A DNA stretch of 64,000 nucleotides from Acidimicrobiales bacterium (GTDB lineage: Bacteria; Actinomycetota; Acidimicrobiia; Acidimicrobiales; JAUJNH01), in assembly GCA_038255915.1 (NCBI GenBank), contig JBBSKY010000001.1, positions 15,268 to 79,267 on the forward strand, written 5' to 3'. Position 1 is the stretch's first letter; the number at the start of each line of letters is the position of its first letter. Of this stretch, positions 37,014-45,288 are shown piece after piece. The notes under the pieces are model-generated. The model did no database searches. It worked only from the letters and a program-made list of their open reading frames with translations, and had not been told where the DNA came from. The position numbers were made by a program, and so were the translations under genes.

Positions 37014-37874
37014 TCACCGGGACGGACCGGCGAGGACGGCCTCGGCCACGGCCAGGCCGAGGGGGGTGGGGTCGTCGCCGTCGGCCACCACCCGGAAGGG
37101 GGTCGGGTCGGCCAGGAGGCCCTCGAGGCGCAGGCGGCCGCCGCCGAGATCGGTGGCCAGGCCCCCGACCGGCAGGTCGCAGCCGCCGCCGAGGCGGGCC
37201 AGGAAGGCGCGCTCGGCGTCGACGCACCGCCGGGCGACAGGGTCCTCGATGCGGGCCAGGCGCTCGAGCACCTCGGGGTCGTCGACCCGGCACTCGACGG
37301 CCAGGGCGCCCTGGGCCACCTGGGGCAGCAGGACCTCGGGGTCGAGGAGCTGGGCGATGCGGTCGGCCCAGCCCAGCCGCTGCAGGGCGGCGGCGGCCGC
37401 GACCACGACCCCCCCGGGTGGCACCTGGCCCAGGCGGGTGGCCATGTTGCCCCGCAGCTCGACGAACACCAGGTCGGGGCGCAGGGCCTTCAGCTGGGCC
37501 CGCCGACGCACGCTGCCGGTGGCGACGGTGGCACCGGGGAGGAGCTGGTCGAGGGCCCGCCCCACCAGGCAGTCGCGCACGTCAGCCCGCTCGGGGACGC
37601 ACGCCAGCACCAGCCCGTCGGCCGAGGGCCCCGAGGGAAGGTCCTTGGCCGAGTGCACAGCCAGATCGGCAGCACCGCTCAGCACCGCGGCCTGCACCTC
37701 CTTGACGAACACCCCCTGGCCCCCGAGCTGGTGCAGGGGCCGGTCCTGCACCCGGTCCCCCAGGCTCTCGACGGCCACCAGCTCGCACACCTCCCCCAGC
37801 AGGGTCGCCACCCGGTCGGCCTGCCACCGGGCCAGCGGTGAGGCCCGGGTGGCGATGCGCAAGGCCCGGGTCAC
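37014..37874 (-). CDS. hemC: Hydroxymethylbilane synthase (porphobilinogen deaminase)
   Basis: LRIATRASPLARWQA, GGQGVFVKEVQ, DLAVHSAKDLP, GGCDLPVG (dipyrromethane Cys). GTG start. Confidence 0.9.
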   Translation of the reverse strand: MTRALRIATRASPLARWQADRVATLLGEVCELVAVESLGDRVQDRPLHQLGGQGVFVKEVQAAVLSGAADLAVHSAKDLPSGPSADGLVLACVPERADVRDCLVGRALDQLLPGATVATGSVRRRAQLKALRPDLVFVELRGNMATRLGQVPPGGVVVAAAAALQRLGWADRIAQLLDPEVLLPQVAQGALAVECRVDDPEVLERLARIEDPVARRCVDAERAFLARLGGGCDLPVGGLATDLGGGRLRLEGLLADPTPFRVVADGDDPTPLGLAVAEAVLAGPSR

Positions 37875-37938
37875 TCGGCCAGTCTGACTGAGGGCGCGAC
37901 CCGCTAACCGGCCCGACCGAGCGAGCGGGTTGCTCCGG

Positions 37939-38069
37939 TCAGCGGCGTCGGTACGCGTCGGAGCGGTGCTCCAACGCGATCACCTCGACCGACGACGAAC
38001 CCTGTCGGTGTGGAAGATGACCCGGTAGTCGCCGCGACGGGCACTGTGCAGCCCTTCGAGGCCCAGCTT
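37939..38069 (-). pseudogene. RelE/ParE-family toxin remnant (N-terminally truncated, one frameshift)
   Basis: Manual translation gives KLGLEGLHSARRGDYRVIFHTDRV in one frame and SVEVIALEHRSDAYRRR* in the next. Together they form the RelE/ParE C-terminal pattern (GDYRVIY..D...V.V..I.HR...Y). A TAG lies directly upstream and no antitoxin is seen. Confidence 0.5.
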
Positions 38070-38103
38070 CTAAAGACTTGCCGACGCGCCCCTGCTGGGT
38101 GTG

Positions 38104-39363
38104 TTACAGGCCGAAGAGGGTGCGCACGGCGTCGCTGAGGCGGTCGCCCTGGGCGGTGCCGGCGTTGTCCTTCAGGCGGACGGTGGGGTCGTGGAGCAGC
38201 TTGGCCACGATGCCGCGGGTGAGGGCCTCGACGGCAGCGCGGTCCTTGTCGGCCAGGCCACCCAGGCGGGACCGGAATCGCTCGAGCTCGGCCAGGCGGA
38301 GGGCCTCGGCCCGCTCGTGGAGGGAGACGACGAGGGGGGCGACCTCGCGACTGGCGGTGGAGGCCCGGTAGCGGGCCACCTCCTCCTCGATGATGGCCCC
38401 CACCGAGCTCACCTCGCCGGCCCGGGCGGCGAGGCCCAGGCGGGCGAAGGCGCTGATGTCGCTCATGTCGAGCAGGGTGACGCCGTCGAGGTCGGCGGCA
38501 GCCGGCTCGACGTCGCGAGGCACGGCGACATCGACGATGAGCAGGGGCCGACCGGCCCGCTCGGCCTGCACGGCCTCGAGGTCCTCGACGGTGAGGACGT
38601 ACTCCTCGGAGGAGGTGGAGCTGAGGAGGACGTCGACCTCGGTGAGGTGCTGGGCCAGGTCGCCGACGGCCACCGGGACCCCGCCGACCCGCTGCGCCAC
38701 CTCGGCGGCCTTGCGGGCGGTGCGGTTGGCCACCCGGATGGAGGCGCCGCTGCGCTCCTTCAGGGCCTGGGCCATGGTCTCGCCGGACTCGCCGGCGCCG
38801 AGGACCAGGACGCTGCAGTCGGTCAGGCTGCCGTGGGTGCGCTCGGCCAGGGCGACCGCGGCATGGGACACCGAGGTGACGCCGCGGGCGATGGCGGTCT
38901 CGCTGCGGGCCCGCTTGCCCACCAGGGCGGCGTGGCGGAACAGCGAAGACAGCACGGCGCCACAGGTGCCCTCGACCCGGGCCATCTCGGCGGCCCGGCC
39001 GACCTGGCCCAGGATCTCGCCCTCGCCCAGCACGGCCGAGTCGACGCCCGAGGCCACCCGGAACAGGTGCTGCACCGCGGCGTCGCCGTAGAAGTCGTAG
39101 AGGTGGTCACCGAACTCCTCGGGAGCGGTGAAGAACTGCTCAGCCAGGAAGTCCCGCACGCTCTGCAGGGCGCCGTGGAACTTGTCGGCCACGACGTAGA
39201 TCTCGGTGCGGGCGCAGGTGCTGAGCAGGACGGCCTCGGCCAGGTGGCGGCGGCCCCTCAGGTCGTGCAGCGCCTTGGGCAGGCGCGTCGAGGAGACCGT
39301 CATGCGCTCCAGCACCGGCAGGGGCACGGTGCGGTGGTTCAGCCCGACTACGACAACAGACAC
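38104..39363 (-). CDS. hemA: Glutamyl-tRNA reductase
   Basis: VVVGLNHRTVPLPVLE, LSTCARTEIY, SAVLGEGEILGQV, VLGAGESG. GTG at 39363 preceded by AGGAG. The rest of the 686-aa ORF is run-on. Confidence 0.9.
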   Translation of the reverse strand: MSVVVVGLNHRTVPLPVLERMTVSSTRLPKALHDLRGRRHLAEAVLLSTCARTEIYVVADKFHGALQSVRDFLAEQFFTAPEEFGDHLYDFYGDAAVQHLFRVASGVDSAVLGEGEILGQVGRAAEMARVEGTCGAVLSSLFRHAALVGKRARSETAIARGVTSVSHAAVALAERTHGSLTDCSVLVLGAGESGETMAQALKERSGASIRVANRTARKAAEVAQRVGGVPVAVGDLAQHLTEVDVLLSSTSSEEYVLTVEDLEAVQAERAGRPLLIVDVAVPRDVEPAAADLDGVTLLDMSDISAFARLGLAARAGEVSSVGAIIEEEVARYRASTASREVAPLVVSLHERAEALRLAELERFRSRLGGLADKDRAAVEALTRGIVAKLLHDPTVRLKDNAGTAQGDRLSDAVRTLFGL

Positions 39364-39983
39364 GCCTGCAGGCGCTCCTTTGCTCTCCCGACATCTCCCA
39401 GTCGGATCATCTCCAGCATCCCTGAGTCTATGGCCGACAGCCAATCCAGGCCCTCGGTGCTCCGTCCCTCGGCCTGCAGCGCAGCCCGGGCCTCGGCCAG
39501 GAGGAGGGCCAGCTGGGCGTACTCGGGGCCCAGCTCGCCGGCCACGTGGCGGCCGAGCCAGGTGGCCAGGGCCGGGCTGTGGCCGCCGGTGGCGACGGTG
39601 ACCATGATCGGGCCCTGGCGCACCACCGACGGAAGGGTGAACGAGCAGGACACCGGGTCGTCGGCGGCGTTGACCCAGATCCGCCGGGCCTCCCCGTCGG
39701 AGAAGACGGCCCGGTTCACCGCTCGGTCGTCGGTGGCGGTGACGACCAGCCAGACGGCGTCGAGGTCGTCGGCCCGGTAGGCCCGCCGGCAGAGGTCGAC
39801 GGCCCCGGCGGCGGCCAGGGCGGCGATGGCCTCGCCGACCACAGGCGCCACCACGACCACGTCGGCCCCACAGGCCAAGAGGCCCTCTACCTTGCGGGCG
39901 GCGATGGCGCCGGCGCCGACCACCAGCACCCGGCGGCCCTGGAGGACCAGGTTGGCTGGGTACTGGGGCCCCTCGACCGGCAT
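39348..39983 (-). CDS. Precorrin-2 dehydrogenase / sirohydrochlorin ferrochelatase-like (siroheme synthase N-terminal domain)
   Basis: LVLQGRRVLVVGAGAIAARKVEGLLACGADVVVVAP is the Rossmann fold typical of the CysG N-domain/SirC, followed by ...VATGGHSPALA. Overlaps the hemA start by 16 nt. Confidence 0.78.
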   Translation of the reverse strand: MPVEGPQYPANLVLQGRRVLVVGAGAIAARKVEGLLACGADVVVVAPVVGEAIAALAAAGAVDLCRRAYRADDLDAVWLVVTATDDRAVNRAVFSDGEARRIWVNAADDPVSCSFTLPSVVRQGPIMVTVATGGHSPALATWLGRHVAGELGPEYAQLALLLAEARAALQAEGRSTEGLDWLSAIDSGMLEMIRLGDVGRAKERLQACLLS

Positions 39984-40633
39984 CAGACCCCCTCCGCCAG
40001 CTGCGACGCCACCCGCTGGCTGTGGAAGCTGAGGATCTGCAGCTCCATCGACAGATCGACCGAGCGCACGGCGATGCCCTCCGGCACCTCGAGGACGGTG
40101 GGGGCGAAGGAGAGGAGGCTGGAGACGCCGGCGGCGACGAAGGCATCGGCCACATCCTGGGCAACCCCGGGAGGGGTGCAGATGATCCCGATCGCCACGC
40201 CCCGGTCGGCCGTCACCCGTGTCAGGTCTCGGGCGGAGAGGACCTCGACGCCCCCGACCTGCTGGCCCACCTTGGCTGCGTCCACGTCGAACACAGCTAT
40301 GAGGCGGAACCCACGGGCCCCGAACCCGGCATAGCCGGCCAGGGCCTGACCCAGGTTCCCGGCCCCGGCGATCGCCACCGGCCAGTCCTGGGTGAGGCCC
40401 AGCTCGCGTCGGATCTGGAAGCTGAGGAACTCGACGTCGTAGCCCACCCCCCGGGTGCCGTAGGAACCGAGGTGGGACAGGTCCTTGCGGACCTTGGCTG
40501 CGTTGACCCCGGCCTGCTCGGCCAGCTGCTCGCTGGACAGGGTCGCCACGCCCTGCTTGGCCACCACGAACAGGCAGCGCAGGTAGAGCGGCAGCCGGGC
40601 CACCGTGGCCTCGGGGATGTCGCGCCTGGCCAT
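39983..40633 (-). CDS. rex: Redox-sensing transcriptional repressor Rex
   Basis: IPEATVARLPLYLRCL, LSHLGSYGTRGVGYDV, VAIAGAGNLGQALAGY (NADH-binding Rossmann). Confidence 0.9.
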   Translation of the reverse strand: MARRDIPEATVARLPLYLRCLFVVAKQGVATLSSEQLAEQAGVNAAKVRKDLSHLGSYGTRGVGYDVEFLSFQIRRELGLTQDWPVAIAGAGNLGQALAGYAGFGARGFRLIAVFDVDAAKVGQQVGGVEVLSARDLTRVTADRGVAIGIICTPPGVAQDVADAFVAAGVSSLLSFAPTVLEVPEGIAVRSVDLSMELQILSFHSQRVASQLAEGV

Positions 40634-40760
40634 CGGCGCAACCTAGGGGCACCTCGATGCGCTTGTGAAGCTGTGATGCCGCTCGGGGCGAGTGTGCATC
40701 TTTGCCAGGAAGGCCGGCCGCCTCATCAAGGTCCTCAAGTCGGGTCCCGATGCAGCGGAC

Positions 40761-42440
40761 ATGCGCCGAACCCTCGCCCTCCTCGCAGCCGCTGGCGTGG
40801 CGGCGCTGCTCCTCGTCGCCGTCGGGAGCACGTCGTCGGCAGTTGCCGCGCCAGGGACATGGCTGCCCCGGATCAACACCTACCGGGCCCAGAACGGGTT
40901 GGGCCCGCTGGCCGAGGACCTGGTGACGAGCGTGGTCGCCCAGACCTGGACCCAGGCCATGGCGACGACGAACAACCTGGCCCACAACCCGCTGCTCGCC
41001 CAGCAGGTGACGACGCCATGGACCCGGCTCGGCGAGAACGTCGGGTACGGCGGCGACGAGGCCTCGCTCTTCCAGGCCTTCCTCGGCTCGGCCGGCCACC
41101 GGGCCAACATCCTCGGGGCCTACAACGCCATCGGGATCGGCCAGGCCTACGCGAACGGCCAGCTGTGGACGACGCACGTCTTCCTCCTCACCAACGCGGT
41201 GCTGCAGCCGCCCCCGCCGCCGCCCGCCTGCCCGCCCGCGAGCAGTGGGCCCATCCCGGGTGCCGGGACCACCCCGACCGGCCAGCCGACCTACGTGTCG
41301 ATCACGCCGGCCCGCCTCATGGACACCCGTCCCGGGGGCGCCACCACCGACGGCATCTCCGTCGGCGGCGGAGCGCTGGGCCCGTGCACCACCCGCACCT
41401 TCACCGTCACCGGCCGAGGCGGCGTGCCCGCCACCGGCGTCGGCGCCGTGGTCCTGAACGTCACCGCCACCGGCCCCACCACCGGCGGCTACCTCACCGT
41501 CTCGCCCGCTGGGCAGGCGAGGCCGGCCACCTCCAACCTGAACTTCGGCCCCGGACAGACCATCGCCAACTCGGTGATCGCCAAGGTCGGGGCCAACGGC
41601 CAGGTGGCGATCTACAACGACCAGGGCTCGACCCAGGTCATCGTCGACATCGCCGGCTGGTTCCCGAGCACGGGGGCCTTCAGCCCGCTCAGCCCCGCCC
41701 GCCTGCTCGACACCAGGCCCGGGGCGGCGACGATCGACGGCGTCTCCGCCGGCACCGGGGCGCTCGCCCCGGGCGCCGTCCGCACCCTCACCGTCACCGG
41801 CCGGGGGGGCGTGCCCGCCAGCGGCGTCGGCGCCGTCGTCCTCAACCTCACAGCGACCAGCCCCACCGCCGGCGGCTACCTCACCGTCTATCCCGCGGGG
41901 ACCGCCCGCCCCGGCACCTCCAACCTGAACTTCGGGGCCGGCCAGACGATCCCCAACCTGGTCATCGCCAAGGTCGGCGCCTACGGCCAGGTGTCGATCT
42001 TCAACGCCAGCGGCTCGACCCAGGTCATCGCCGACGTCGCCGGCTGGTTCCCGACCACCGCCTACAACGCCCTGTCGCCGGCCCGGCTGCTGGACACCAG
42101 GCCCGGGGCGCCCACCGTCGACGGCATCTCGGCCGGCGCCGGGGCGCTGGCCCCTGGCGCCACCCGCACCCTGACGGTCACCGGCCGAGGCGGCGTGCCC
42201 GCCACCGGGGTCAGCGCCGTGGTCCTCAACCTCACCGTCACCGGGCCCACCACCGGCGGCTACCTCACCATCTTCCCCGCCGGCACGGCGAGGCCGGCGA
42301 CGTCCAACCTCAACTTCGGGGCGGGCCAGACCATCGCCAACCTGGTCATCGCCAAGGTCGGCGCCTACGGCCAGGTGTCGATCTACAACGGCAGCGGATC
42401 GACCCAGGTGATCGGCGACGTCGCCGGCTGGTTCGCCTGA
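40761..42440 (+). CDS. Secreted CAP/SCP (PR-1-like) domain protein with three tandem repeats of about 128 aa
   Basis: Signal-like MRRTLALLAAAGVAALLLVAVG. CAP-like block INTYRAQNGLGPL...GENVGYG...GHRANIL. Poly-Pro linker, then three copies of ..SPARLLDTRPG...TVTGRGGVPA.GV.AVVLN.T...GYLT..PAG..RP.TSNLNF..GQTI.N.VIAKVG..GQV.I.N..GSTQVI.D.AGWF. Confidence 0.8.
   Translation: MRRTLALLAAAGVAALLLVAVGSTSSAVAAPGTWLPRINTYRAQNGLGPLAEDLVTSVVAQTWTQAMATTNNLAHNPLLAQQVTTPWTRLGENVGYGGDEASLFQAFLGSAGHRANILGAYNAIGIGQAYANGQLWTTHVFLLTNAVLQPPPPPPACPPASSGPIPGAGTTPTGQPTYVSITPARLMDTRPGGATTDGISVGGGALGPCTTRTFTVTGRGGVPATGVGAVVLNVTATGPTTGGYLTVSPAGQARPATSNLNFGPGQTIANSVIAKVGANGQVAIYNDQGSTQVIVDIAGWFPSTGAFSPLSPARLLDTRPGAATIDGVSAGTGALAPGAVRTLTVTGRGGVPASGVGAVVLNLTATSPTAGGYLTVYPAGTARPGTSNLNFGAGQTIPNLVIAKVGAYGQVSIFNASGSTQVIADVAGWFPTTAYNALSPARLLDTRPGAPTVDGISAGAGALAPGATRTLTVTGRGGVPATGVSAVVLNLTVTGPTTGGYLTIFPAGTARPATSNLNFGAGQTIANLVIAKVGAYGQVSIYNGSGSTQVIGDVAGWFA
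41292..42437 (+). repeat. Three in-frame tandem coding repeats (periods 387 and 384 nt)
   Basis: The PAR codons of the SPARLLDTR motif start at 41307, 41694 and 42078. The repeats also produce three near-identical antisense shadow ORFs in the track. Confidence 0.85.
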
Positions 42441-42575
42441 TCCCCTGGCGACCGGGCCGGGGCGCGCCCCCTGGTCAGTTGAGCAGGACGAGCTGGATGG
42501 TGGCGGCCAGGAACACGGCCAGCAGGAGCAGGCCGAGGACGATGGTGGTGGCCGGGCGCATCCTGGCCGCTGACG

Positions 42576-43388
42576 CTACCGCGGGACGCTGAGGTCGACC
42601 GGCGCCCCGGGCCCGAGGCCCAGCTCGTCGGCGGCCGAGCCCCGGTCGAGAACCAGGGCGACCAGGCCGTAGCTGTCGACCACCAGGCCGAGCTGGCCGG
42701 GGGCCAGCGCCGCGAAGGTGGGGACCCTCGACCCGGCGCGAGTGCGGTCGCCGACGGTGACGGTGAGGCGGTCGCCGAAGCCGGCCAGCTCATCAGGGTC
42801 GACGTTCAGCTGGGCGTTGCCGAACCGGTCGACCCACAGGACCTCCGCCTTCAGCACCTCGTCCTCCAGGCGGGTGAGCGGCACGATGCCCGGCAGCAGC
42901 GAGAACGGGTCGACGGCGGGCCCGAGCTCGCTCAGCTCGACCCCGTTGCACAGGTGGGCGGCGGCCGGCACCAGCACGTCGCGGGCGGCGAAGGTGGGCC
43001 CGCCGGCGGCCGGGAGCCGGTGCTCGGCGCTGAGCAGCTCGACGACCCGGTCGGCGCCGCCGCAGAGGCTCACGGCCGGGGCGAGCAGCCCGTTGTCGGG
43101 CCCCACCAGCACAGACGTGCCGCCGCCGACCTCGACGGCGATCGTGCGGCGCTCGGTGCCCGCCCCGGGGTCGACGCCCGCCACGACGACACCGGCGGCC
43201 AGGTACTGCGCCGCCCGCACCAGGGCGAGGCTGGCGGCCCGCACGTCGTGCGGGGCGATGTCGTGGGTGATGTCGATGACCACAGCGTGCGGCGCGATCG
43301 AGCGGACAACCGATCGCAGCACCCCCGCCAGCTCGTCGGTCGTCCCGAGGTCGGTGAGGAGCGAGACGGTGTCGTAGGCAGGGCCCAT
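42576..43388 (-). CDS. SAM hydroxide adenosyltransferase / chlorinase-fluorinase family (DUF62)
   Basis: VSLLTDLGTTDELAGVLRSVV..VIDITHDI.PHDV...VVAGVDPGAGTERR...LVGPDNGLL is a DUF62 pattern. Confidence 0.8.
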   Translation of the reverse strand: MGPAYDTVSLLTDLGTTDELAGVLRSVVRSIAPHAVVIDITHDIAPHDVRAASLALVRAAQYLAAGVVVAGVDPGAGTERRTIAVEVGGGTSVLVGPDNGLLAPAVSLCGGADRVVELLSAEHRLPAAGGPTFAARDVLVPAAAHLCNGVELSELGPAVDPFSLLPGIVPLTRLEDEVLKAEVLWVDRFGNAQLNVDPDELAGFGDRLTVTVGDRTRAGSRVPTFAALAPGQLGLVVDSYGLVALVLDRGSAADELGLGPGAPVDLSVPR

Positions 43389-43696
43389 GTGCGGGCGGAC
43401 GCTACCGCCGGGTGAGCGACATGGCCGCGAGCACGAGCACGCTGGCCGGCACCGTGGAGGGGTCGCCGGGCAGCCAGGTGGTGCCGCCGCAGCGGTCGCA
43501 GCGGTCGGCCAGCGTCGACCTGCCGATCCGCCGCCGCTTCAGCTCGGCCGCCAGCACCTGCCCGTCCACCTCCACGCTCACGACCCCCGTCCCCTGCGCT
43601 GGTTCCTAGGGACGCGAGCCTTCAACCGCAGCGTTGTGGAGCACAAGGGCCACTTCCTGTGGAAACCGACGCCAGGCTGTGGACGAACGGTGGCTT

Positions 43697-43888
43697 TCAG
43701 CCGGTGGCGTGGAAGCGGGCCGACAGGAAGCGGTCGATGTCCTCCTCGCGCAGGCGGTAGCTCTTGCCGATCCGGGCGGCCGGCAGGTCGCCGGCCTGGA
43801 TCAGCCGATAGACGGTCATCGTCGAGACCCGAAGTCGATCGGCGACCTCGGCCACGGTGACGAACCGTGCCTCGTTCTCGGTGCTCAT
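43697..43888 (-). CDS. Small excisionase-family / MerR-like HTH DNA-binding protein
   Basis: 63 aa. FVTVAEVADRLRVSTMTVYRLIQAGDLPAARIGKSYRLREEDIDRFL. Adjacent to proC, as is common for this small actinobacterial gene. Confidence 0.8.
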   Translation of the reverse strand: MSTENEARFVTVAEVADRLRVSTMTVYRLIQAGDLPAARIGKSYRLREEDIDRFLSARFHATG

Positions 43889-43970
43889 GTGAGTATCACC
43901 CCTCTCCGCAGCCCTCCATGCTATGGGGTGGGGACGGTGGGGGGGAAGTGGGTGCTGTGGCGGCCTGGCC

Positions 43971-44759
43971 TCAGGCCCGGCCGAGGGCCTGGCTCCGCTC
44001 GGTGGCGGCCCGTACGGCCGCCAGGAAGGCGGCCCGCACGGCCCGGTCCTCGAGGACGGCGAGCCCCGCCGCCGTGGTGCCTCCGGGCGAGGTGACCGCC
44101 GCCCGCAGCGCCTCCGGCCCCTCAGCCCCCTCGGCCAGCAGCCGGGCCGAGCCGAGGAGGGTCTGCACCGCCAGGGTGGAGGCCACGTCGCGAGGCAGGC
44201 CCACCAGGACGCCGGCGTCGATCAGGGCCTCGGCCACCAGGAACACATAGGCCGGCCCCGATCCGGACAGGCCGGTGACGGCGTCGAGCAGGGGCTCGGC
44301 CACCCGCACCACCACCCCTACGGCGCCCAGCACCTCCTCGGCCCACCCGAGGTCCTCCTCGGTGGCGGCCCGCCCTCCCGCGACGGCCGCCGCCCCGGCT
44401 CCGACCAGGGCGGGGGTGTTCGGCATGGCCCGCACCACCGGCGTGCCCGCCGGGAGGGCGGCTTCGAGGGTGGCTGTGCTCACTCCGGCCGCGATCGACA
44501 GGAGCCGCCGGCAGCCGGCTTGGCCCGCGGCGCGGGCGGCGGCGGCGGCGTGGCCCGGCTTGACGGCCAGCACGACGCCCTCGGCCGCGAGTGGCCCGTC
44601 GTTGACGATCACTCCGGGGAAGCGCTCCTCGAGGGCCCGCTGGCGCCCGGCCACGGGCTCGACCACGGCGAGATCGGCCGGGCCGCGACCGGCAGCGAGC
44701 AGACCCCCGAGGAGCGCCTCACCCATTCGGCCTCCGCCCACGATCACGAGCTGGTGCAT
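43971..44759 (-). CDS. proC: Pyrroline-5-carboxylate reductase
   Basis: VIVGGGRMGEAL, VVRAMPNTPALVG, GLSGSGPAYVFLVAEAL, VTSPGGTTAAG. Trimmed to the MHQLV ATG at 44759. Confidence 0.9.
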   Translation of the reverse strand: MHQLVIVGGGRMGEALLGGLLAAGRGPADLAVVEPVAGRQRALEERFPGVIVNDGPLAAEGVVLAVKPGHAAAAARAAGQAGCRRLLSIAAGVSTATLEAALPAGTPVVRAMPNTPALVGAGAAAVAGGRAATEEDLGWAEEVLGAVGVVVRVAEPLLDAVTGLSGSGPAYVFLVAEALIDAGVLVGLPRDVASTLAVQTLLGSARLLAEGAEGPEALRAAVTSPGGTTAAGLAVLEDRAVRAAFLAAVRAATERSQALGRA

Positions 44760-44830
44760 CGGACTCCGACCGTACCGGGCAGCCGTCCTGGCCGCCCCAC
44801 CGCCGGCGGCGGGCACCCGCAGGCGCGGCG

Positions 44831-45244
44831 TCAGATGTCGATGACGCCCGGTCCCGCCGGACCGTCCGATCGGCTGCGGATGAAGGTGGCCCTGGCTGCC
44901 AAACGGCGCAGGACCACCGGGCGGACCACGGCGCGGGTCGGCGGGAAGAGCAGGATCAGGGCGAGGGCGTCGGTGGCGAAGCCAGGGGTCAGCAGCAGCG
45001 CACCGGCCAGGAGCACCAGACCACCGTCGACCAGCTCGGGTCCCGGCACCTCGCCAGCCTGAACCCGACGGGTGATGCGCCCCCACAAGGCCCACCCCTC
45101 GCGCTTCACCAGCCACGACCCGGCCACCGAGACAGCGAGGACGAGGAGGATGGTCCACCACACCCCGATGCCCTGGCCGACCTGGATCAGCACGAACAGC
45201 TCGACGAACGGCACGACCAGGAACGCCAGCGCCAGCCACCCCAC
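44831..45244 (-). CDS. fxsA: FxsA-family membrane protein
   Basis: LVVPFVELFVLIQVGQGIG..., GALLLTPGFATDALALILLFPPTR is an FxsA signature. Confidence 0.8.
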   Translation of the reverse strand: MGWLALAFLVVPFVELFVLIQVGQGIGVWWTILLVLAVSVAGSWLVKREGWALWGRITRRVQAGEVPGPELVDGGLVLLAGALLLTPGFATDALALILLFPPTRAVVRPVVLRRLAARATFIRSRSDGPAGPGVIDI

Positions 45245-45288
45245 GTGACCAGAGGCTACGGGGCCGGCAGGGCTAGCGTCGGACGCCT

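Noticed and set aside
35316-37705. 551-aa minus-strand and 719-aa plus-strand Arg/Pro/Gly-rich ORFs over cobA-hemD and hemC
   Set aside because: They are alternative or antisense frames of genes with clear SUMT, HemD and HemC motifs. The extreme R/P/G composition is not protein-like.
38104-41177. 686-aa and 609-aa minus-strand ORFs suggesting giant HemA or SirC fusion proteins
   Set aside because: The N-terminal portions are Arg/Pro/Gly-rich read-through over neighbouring genes in other frames. Motif-bearing sequence starts at the GTG at 39363 (hemA) and the ATG at 39983 (sirC-like), both with sensible coupling to upstream stops.
41291-42253. Three similar small minus-strand ORFs (MVGPVAVTFRTTAPTPVAGTPPRPVTV...)
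   Set aside because: They are antisense images of the three tandem coding repeats, not an independent gene family.
40022-42592. 856-aa plus-strand ORF spanning rex (antisense) and the CAP-repeat gene (other frame)
   Set aside because: It has Arg/Pro/His/Gly low-complexity composition. It conflicts with two well-supported genes, and its internal repetition simply mirrors the tandem repeat in another frame.
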